Origin: Amphiscolops sp. MND2022
Lineage: Eukaryota
Assembly: GCA_964187785.1 (NCBI GenBank)
Contig: OZ076410.1
Span: 20,274,001 to 20,338,000, forward strand
Reading direction: 5' to 3'
DNA length: 64,000 nucleotides
A program made the position numbers and the translations under genes. The notes beneath the pieces were generated by a model. That model searched no databases. It saw only the letters and a list, made by a program, of their open reading frames with translations, and was not told the origin of the DNA. Each line of letters begins with the position of its first letter. The stretch's first letter is position 1. This document shows, in pieces, positions 57,465-64,000 of this stretch.

Positions 57465-59499
57465 TTTGGAGAAAAGTTTGATCTTGAAGAATTGAATTTC
57501 TTTCAAAGATTTTTCTGACAAAGTAGAACAAGGCGAGAGTAGAATTGAAAATTCAACTGAATTGTACAATTACAAAAGACTGAGTCCCTTAATCATCAAA
57601 TCCTATCATATTTATACCCTCCCAGCATCATTTGATCACGAACAAAGCCCTAATTTTCCTCGAACAATTAGTCATTTCCTGTATTTTCGATGAAAAAGTC
57701 ATTTTGTTCCCAATTTTACGTCGACATTTCGTCAATTTTTCAGACACGATGATCTTCATTTAGCATTAGTCATCAGATTTGATCATATCATTTCATCTCG
57801 GCGTCCTTTTGCTTCCTCCCAAGCAGGAAGTAGATATTACTTCAGTCTGTCAAACCGGAAATGCTTCCCTGTTTTACTGCTTTGGTTCGCGGGAAATTGA
57901 CGCTGAGATGACGCTGACGTGAACAACAAATACCTGATTTTGAACTTCGCTTTGATAAAAATGCTATGACTAATTCCAAAATAGGAATATTTAAACGATG
58001 CAGGACAATATTTTATGAATTTGGACTCAATCCTTTGATAGAGATGAGAATGAAATCACGATATGAAAATAATACTTTGTTGGCAACTTTGCCATGTCGC
58101 GTCAAATGCGACAAGATTTATAAAATTAACAGCAACGTTTGTTAAATGACAACACCAACACAACATAAATAACTGGGTAGCAACGGATGAATTAATATTG
58201 CAACACTTCCGTTATTGCGATCTAAACGCTTAGATTGAAGTATAAAATGGAAGCACCGCAATATCTATATGCAAAAGGTAAAAATCAATGAAAGGAACAA
58301 CTATAACATTTCAAACATTTTATGAAAATACATTTCTACTACAAAATATATCGTGTATATGGCTGACATGAGAATAAACTGTGACCATTAAGAACATATA
58401 TGCGTAGAAAATTCCCTAACCCAATATTTATATACAAACCTCTTTTTAAATCCGGGCATATGACGACTAGCCAACGACAAGTTTGAAAACTCATTACATG
58501 TAGGAATCATTATAATAGTTTACTCTTTTAATTCGGAAACACCGACAAAATACTTGTTTTAGCGTTCAAATTACTTTACACAATTTCCCTAAGCTAAATA
58601 ACAGTTTAATTCGTCGGAAAAACTTAAATATCCCGTCAAATTCAGTTGTTCGTTCGTTTCAAAACTTGGCAGCGTCATATTGACGAGTTTTCTAGTCAGA
58701 AATCTGAACCTCAAAACTTGGCAGCGTCATGTTGACGAGTTTTCTAGTCAGAATATAAAATTTGCCAAGTCTGACGCATTGCTGACGAGTATTCTAGAAA
58801 TGAATAGCTAGCTAGCTGCCATCGCTGTGACGTCACAACGGCGGTTAATTGGAATGATTTCCTAGAATGGTATTCTATATAGGCGGATAATTGGAATGAT
58901 TTCTAGTAAGCGTAGACGAGGCAGTGACGTCAACTGGTATACCTTTCAAAACTTGTCTGCGACCTGTTGACGACAAATATATATGTAGTGTTATTCTCAC
59001 TGGTATAATTGTTTGTTTTACGCAGAGTTGCCGTCCTAAACCACTTTAATTGCTGTTCAAACGCAATTAACTAGCCTTATTTTGACAAGGCGTAAATTCT
59101 TTATATGTATTTCAAAGTGTTCTTTTCATTTTAGATTTGGCTAATGTGCTCTCTGGAAACAATTTGTACTTGTATTTCTATTTAGATTGGCCTATGATCT
59201 TTCTTCAAGACGCATCTTAATTTAATTTTCAGGTGGAAAAATGTCCAATCTGGCGTGATAGAAACGTCTTGCCGGAAATGCATGAAATCATTTTTAAATT
59301 GCTTCTCCGTTTCCATTTTCATTTTTAGACTTGCGCTGACTAGTCGTGTCTTATTTGTCACAGATTATTTTTTATTTCGAGTTTTAAAGTTTAAGTTAAT
59401 AATTGAAGTACCATTTGGGGAATCTTGCGTTGCATCCGTGCCCTCTTCCAATTCCCACACGCCTGCAACCACAAGCCAGACCGGGAGCGGGCTGTGACA
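57068..59499 (-). repeat. 5' LTR (2432 bp)
   Basis: Direct repeat of 43271-45703, followed by the PBS and flanked by TSD AACAC. Confidence 0.97.
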
Positions 59500-60590
59500 A
59501 ACACATCCCAGAGAACCCCAGAAACGGCAGAATAACAACCCCGGAAAAGAGAGATAGAGTCTCAGTGTGTGTCGTCTATCCCAGCAGGAGACAAGACACC
59601 TTGGAAAACTCAAAATGGAGGTACCACCTTCTTGTGGATCACCCCAAAGACTCGAAAAACTCCATTACGACGCCAAACAGGGAACTTTTGACTGCAACAG
59701 ATCTGTTGCAGTGTGGTGTGGATTCTTCACATTGATTACATTACGTGGTTTTTCAAGAAATGAGGAAAGTGGAGTCCATGAAGAGACCCAGCAGATGCTT
59801 TTGCTAATTGATTTTGTCGTTAATTTAGCTGTTTCACAGTTTTTGATAGAGCTGGATCTAGTGGATCATTACCTTAGATACTTTTCCTCAATTATAATGT
59901 ATTTTAACTGAATCCTGTCATTGGACCTCGGAGTTTTGTAGGAAGTTGCAGGAACCCTAAGATCCGTTTTCACAGGCTTGTGGGACGTGTCCGGACTTTA
60001 AGAGTGCCGGCATGTTGCCTCGGAGCTCTAATTTGAGAGCCTCCGTATACGTATGAAAAGTCTCCCTAGTAGACCATTTTTGGGAGAAAAACTAGTGTCT
60101 AGGGTTATAGTAAGACAATGGTATCATGTTTAAGCACCCTAGGCATTATCTCACTTCTAGTATGTACGCACCTAGCTGGACGGCACACAACACTTTTCTG
60201 TTGCTAAATCTTGTTGTATCTAACATTTGTGAGAAGATGTAGACACGAACATATCGCCAATGCGATCGATAGATTTCTCGTCAAAAAAATTTGGAACAAA
60301 TCGAACTCCTTTTTATTTCCCTGATGGTTATCTAACTAACAGAAAATAGCTTTCGATGAACTGTTGTTGAAAAAGAATCGTTGCAACCAAATATGCTATA
60401 AGTTTTAAACGTATCGTATTTCTGATTCTATAATCGTTTCAAAAATTTCATTTCAAAACCAGAGAACTTCAAGCAAATCTATCGAGTGACCTAATATTTA
60501 TTGTACTTTTTTCATTGTGTCTTTCAATGCCAACGTTTACTCATCATTTTGTACTGCCCTTTGATAAATTAATATAAACTTTTCAGTTAC

Positions 60591-61787
60591 CTTTCGGGTC
60601 GATGCAAGGTGATATCATTGATCCGAAGTATGGAACTTTAGTAGGATCGTTGCAGTCAGCTTGCTTTAGCTCCACGTTTCGTTTGCCTGTCATTATTTCA
60701 TTGAAGAGAAGCCCAAAAGCGTAAATATCATACGAAGGGTGACAAACGTTGGGATGATTGGTGGGATAATAGAGTCTCTGCTGTATATTACGAACATTCG
60801 TCTTGGTTGTGTCAGGGTTGAATGCAATTCCTAGGTCTCCAAGTTTCACAGTTGTTCGATCTGTGAGGAATATGTTGTCAGGTTTCAAATCTTTGTGAAT
60901 AATGCCTTTTTTGTGCATACGAAACAATCCTCGTATAATGTTTTCGCAGAAGAAAAACTTCCTTCGTTTGCTAACTTTGCCGTAGGACGAACTTCGTATG
61001 AATTGTTCCAAATTTCCCAACGGCAGATACTCCAAAATCATGAACATGGTATTGCCGCCGCTGATCCGTACCCTTTGATTTCCACTATGTAGTCGCAGAA
61101 GAATTCTTCATATATTTGAATTTCGTTTTTTAAAATTTCTTGCGTGGTCTGACTCAAAGATGCCAAATCTTTAGTCCTACACGATTTAATAGCTGCTGCA
61201 GATCCATTAATGTCACATAGATGAACCTCCCCAAATGCTCCTGCACCTAGTTTCTTCTTCAAGGAAATTGTTGCTCCTCTAATTTTGTAATCTTTCGGAA
61301 TTGTTTGGACCAGCAAGCAATGATAGCGTTCATGAGTTCTGACAACTTTCTCCGATTTGTAGCAGTTGTAACAAAAACGATAGCCTCGACAATCATCACA
61401 TATAAAGAGAAGGCCTTCGATTTTTTCTTTGTCACTACATGATATGCATGTATGATCATGAACGATGTTATTACTGCATAAATACTCCTGCAGTGGCTCC
61501 AATCCAGCAGCAAAATGCAATCCCAGTTTGGATACAATTTCTGGAACTCTTATCAGCAGAAGTGGGTGATTTATTCTATGATTTCCACTTTGCTTTCGAT
61601 CTTCGAAACAGTTTGAGCATAGATCATAATCTTCACAAATAGCACACTTGTATCGGTAACCAAAAATGTTTTCCTTCGAACATGCATCACAAATAACTCC
61701 GTAATGACAACCAAACTCTCTTAGCACTAGTTTCTTTACAGAATGATCAAGTTTCTCAATTCTGGGATCTCTGTGTACGTAGGCCAT
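60591..61787 (-). CDS. Host protein kinase with two N-terminal ZZ-type zinc fingers; single-base frameshift near 61065 (pseudogene or sequence error)
   Basis: CDAC...YKCAICEDYDLCSNC...H...H (ZZ); second ZZ-like CISC...ICDDC...FCYNC...H...H; GAGAFGEVH, AAIK, NE, HKDLKPDN, DLG and DIYAFG kinase motifs. Acceptor TTTCAG 6 nt before the ATG; donor AAAG|GTAACT at 60591. Confidence 0.85.
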
Positions 61788-64000
61788 CGAGTCCTGAAAC
61801 AGATTTTTGTTTTATTGCTACTCGTGGTACGACCTCATAAGAATTCACAAAAAATGACATATGATCAAAACAGGTTTTATTCGAACTTTTATATCGAACC
61901 ATGAAAATCAGTTGTTTCATTACATTTCCATTCATGGTTTAAACCCTACGTAACTACGCAATGAAGAATTCAATGCGAACGATCTGTTTTTTTGCAAAAC
62001 TCTCAAGAAAAAAAGAACAAACAAAAGAAATTGCACAGGAGTCAGACGTATGAAATTGTATGAAGTTCATGTATTCCAGTTAAGATATTGACTTATATTT
62101 TTTGTACTATGAAATCAACTTGAAGTTGGTTTCTCATTATTTTCCGATCCATCGTTGTCCATTGATTGCACTGTCAAACGTTGAGGCCACTTACATTAAG
62201 ATGGAATATAGAACTAAGACCTCGGGTATGTGATTTTCTTACTTGTACACTTTAAGAAGGTCACAATTCTCGAGTATATTTAGTCAATAATGGCACCTTG
62301 AACAATATCGAAAAGTAAATTTTGACTTCGCTTTTAATTTAGACAAGCATTCCGAAATATCACATAAAAAACTATCACTTGCAAAGTTGTCTCGTAATAG
62401 TGGTTTAGATTAGACAGAACCTTTCGAGAAGAAAGTGAACTAAACAAAACTCCTAGACTTTTGGGTTTCTACACTATTTCGAAACCCGCAAAAGTATTAG
62501 GTGTTTTGAATTTCATTTCTAAACAAAGGTCCCATTCTTTTATAACAGGATTGTAAATTGTATCTTCTGAATTTTACTGCTCAATAAAGGCTCCAACTCT
62601 TACACAACTTAGTAAAACTTGTAAAACAGAGGAATTATAATAGCAGTAAAAATCAAACTTTACTAACGGCTTTGTTTTGTTTTTAATTTTAGTTCTTTGA
62701 CCACAACGTCTTTGGATGCAATAGTGGAATGACTTTGTACAGTTTATATGGAAGCATTTATATGGAAACATATGGTTCCTTGAATGAAGTTTTTCAACAT
62801 GTTGAGACCGAAATATTGCTACATTGCTAAAAAACCAGTTCCAGTGCAACCAGTTCTGAGCCGCATGTGATATGAATATTTACTCATACGATGGTATTAT
62901 TGAACCAATGATCCAAAAAATTGAACAAAGCTTTAGTTTTACTTTTAGATATTTTATATTTGAAGCAAACTTCAGTCTGGCGTTGCGCAGTTACAAAGTA
63001 CCAAGTGAGTGGAATCTGTTTTACGGTTGTCGTGTCTTCAAAAAATTCTCAAGAATTACACATAAAGGTGGACCGGAATTTTTGGGAGAGTTAGCTTTCA
63101 GTGTTTGAACAATAACATGCACAGACGCCAGTTTAAATTAACTCCCGTAATCGATTTCTATCGTTGACAATGACAATCATGCGTGTGCTTAATTTTATCA
63201 GTAGCATGATGTATGATTCAACAATACAGTTTATAGAGAAGGTAATTGTCTCCCATTGTTGTCAAGTTTTTGCGCTCCAGATAGTAAGAGAACCACTCAA
63301 AAAATTCGAAAATGGAAAATTGGATCAACACGCAATTCAACCTAAATTTTGAATTTCAGTTCAGGTGCGTTGTCACGACAAAAATCATACAAACGGCTGG
63401 TTTACAACGGCAATTTTGATACCGATGTTATTTCTTTTCATTTTTCATTCATTTTCTAACGGTTTTTCTTCACTTTTAGGTTTTGGGCGATATGCCAAGT
63501 TAGACGGCCCATTCATTTATTTGTATCGTCCAGCAAGAGACGCACATGCTAGAGATGGGATAATGCTTAGGTCGCCTCGACAAGAGACCATGGTTTTACG
63601 GCAACTCTAAACATCAATTTCCCTCCCAAAAGGGTCTCCTAGTGTAACGTCCAGCAAAAGACGTCACAAAAATTCGATGAAATGTGCGATAGCAAAATTT
63701 CTAAATCAAGATGGCCGACCTGTCAGGTACTGGAAATTGAAAAGGATGATGAAAAATAGTGCGAAAGAACCCCGCACCCAGCCCGAGAGAGAACACACCG
63801 CCACAGAAGTATCCCCGAAATCGCCGTGTTGTGCCATCTCCCTCGGAAGACGTCCCAGCTGCCAGCAGAACCCGAAGAATGGCCCAAGAGATGAAGAAAC
63901 TCAGAAGTTTGCATATTTTGCATGTGCCACCTAGTAGGTCCAAGACCAAGGCTCGCTGAAACTGACGCCTGATGTTTCGTTAGCCTGTTGTACCATATTT

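Larger units (their letters stand above)
43271..59499 (-). mobile_element. Giant intact Ty3/Gypsy LTR retrotransposon (16,229 bp) with accessory cargo genes
   Basis: LTRs at 43271-45703 and 57068-59499 (TG...CA, about 10 differences seen by eye). TSD AACAC at 43266-43270 and 59500-59504. Open gag and pol. Confidence 0.97.

Noticed and set aside
57465-57569. 35-aa extension MYNSVEF... of Gag
   Set aside because: The upstream start is not conserved in the homologous solo LTR, where homology begins at MTTRSQ.
63940-64000. Hammerhead ribozyme or Penelope-like motif (CGAAAC on the minus strand)
   Set aside because: The required CTGANGA core is not visible within the window.

Overview
Eukaryotic, AT-rich, transposon-dense 64-kb window with no rRNA, CRISPR or prokaryotic genes. 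The protein style resembles acoel flatworm genomes, but this is from memory and unverified. Main contents: (1) a decayed BEL/Pao LTR retrotransposon (1-6647, +). (2) A young, intact 9.1-kb BEL/Pao element (10941-20022, -; TSD TTGTG; 342-bp LTRs differing at 2 sites) with a 2127-aa gag-pol, an extra upstream SGNH/esterase-like ORF and a tRNA-like cassette in each LTR. (3) Two solo LTRs of Ty3/Gypsy families (21376-22958, 23985-26080), each with a 5-bp TSD. (4) A young 16.2-kb Ty3/Gypsy element (43271-59499, -; TSD AACAC; 2.43-kb LTRs about 99.6% identical). Its Gag N-terminus is encoded inside the LTR, gag-pol is joined by a -1 frameshift, and between pol and the 3' LTR it carries an acidic sense ORF, a divergent repeat-rich internal promoter and a 7-exon ANTISENSE gene encoding a ~1040-aa protein that looks like a catalytically dead hAT transposase with a zinc finger. 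(5) A host ZZ-ZZ-protein kinase gene (61787-60591, -, one frameshift) whose next exon appears at 42644-42396, which would place the giant Gypsy in its intron. The rest is MITEs, hairpins, short repeat arrays and decayed ORFs. The most novel candidate system is the giant Gypsy with its antisense intron-bearing domesticated-transposase cargo and LTR-encoded Gag leader.
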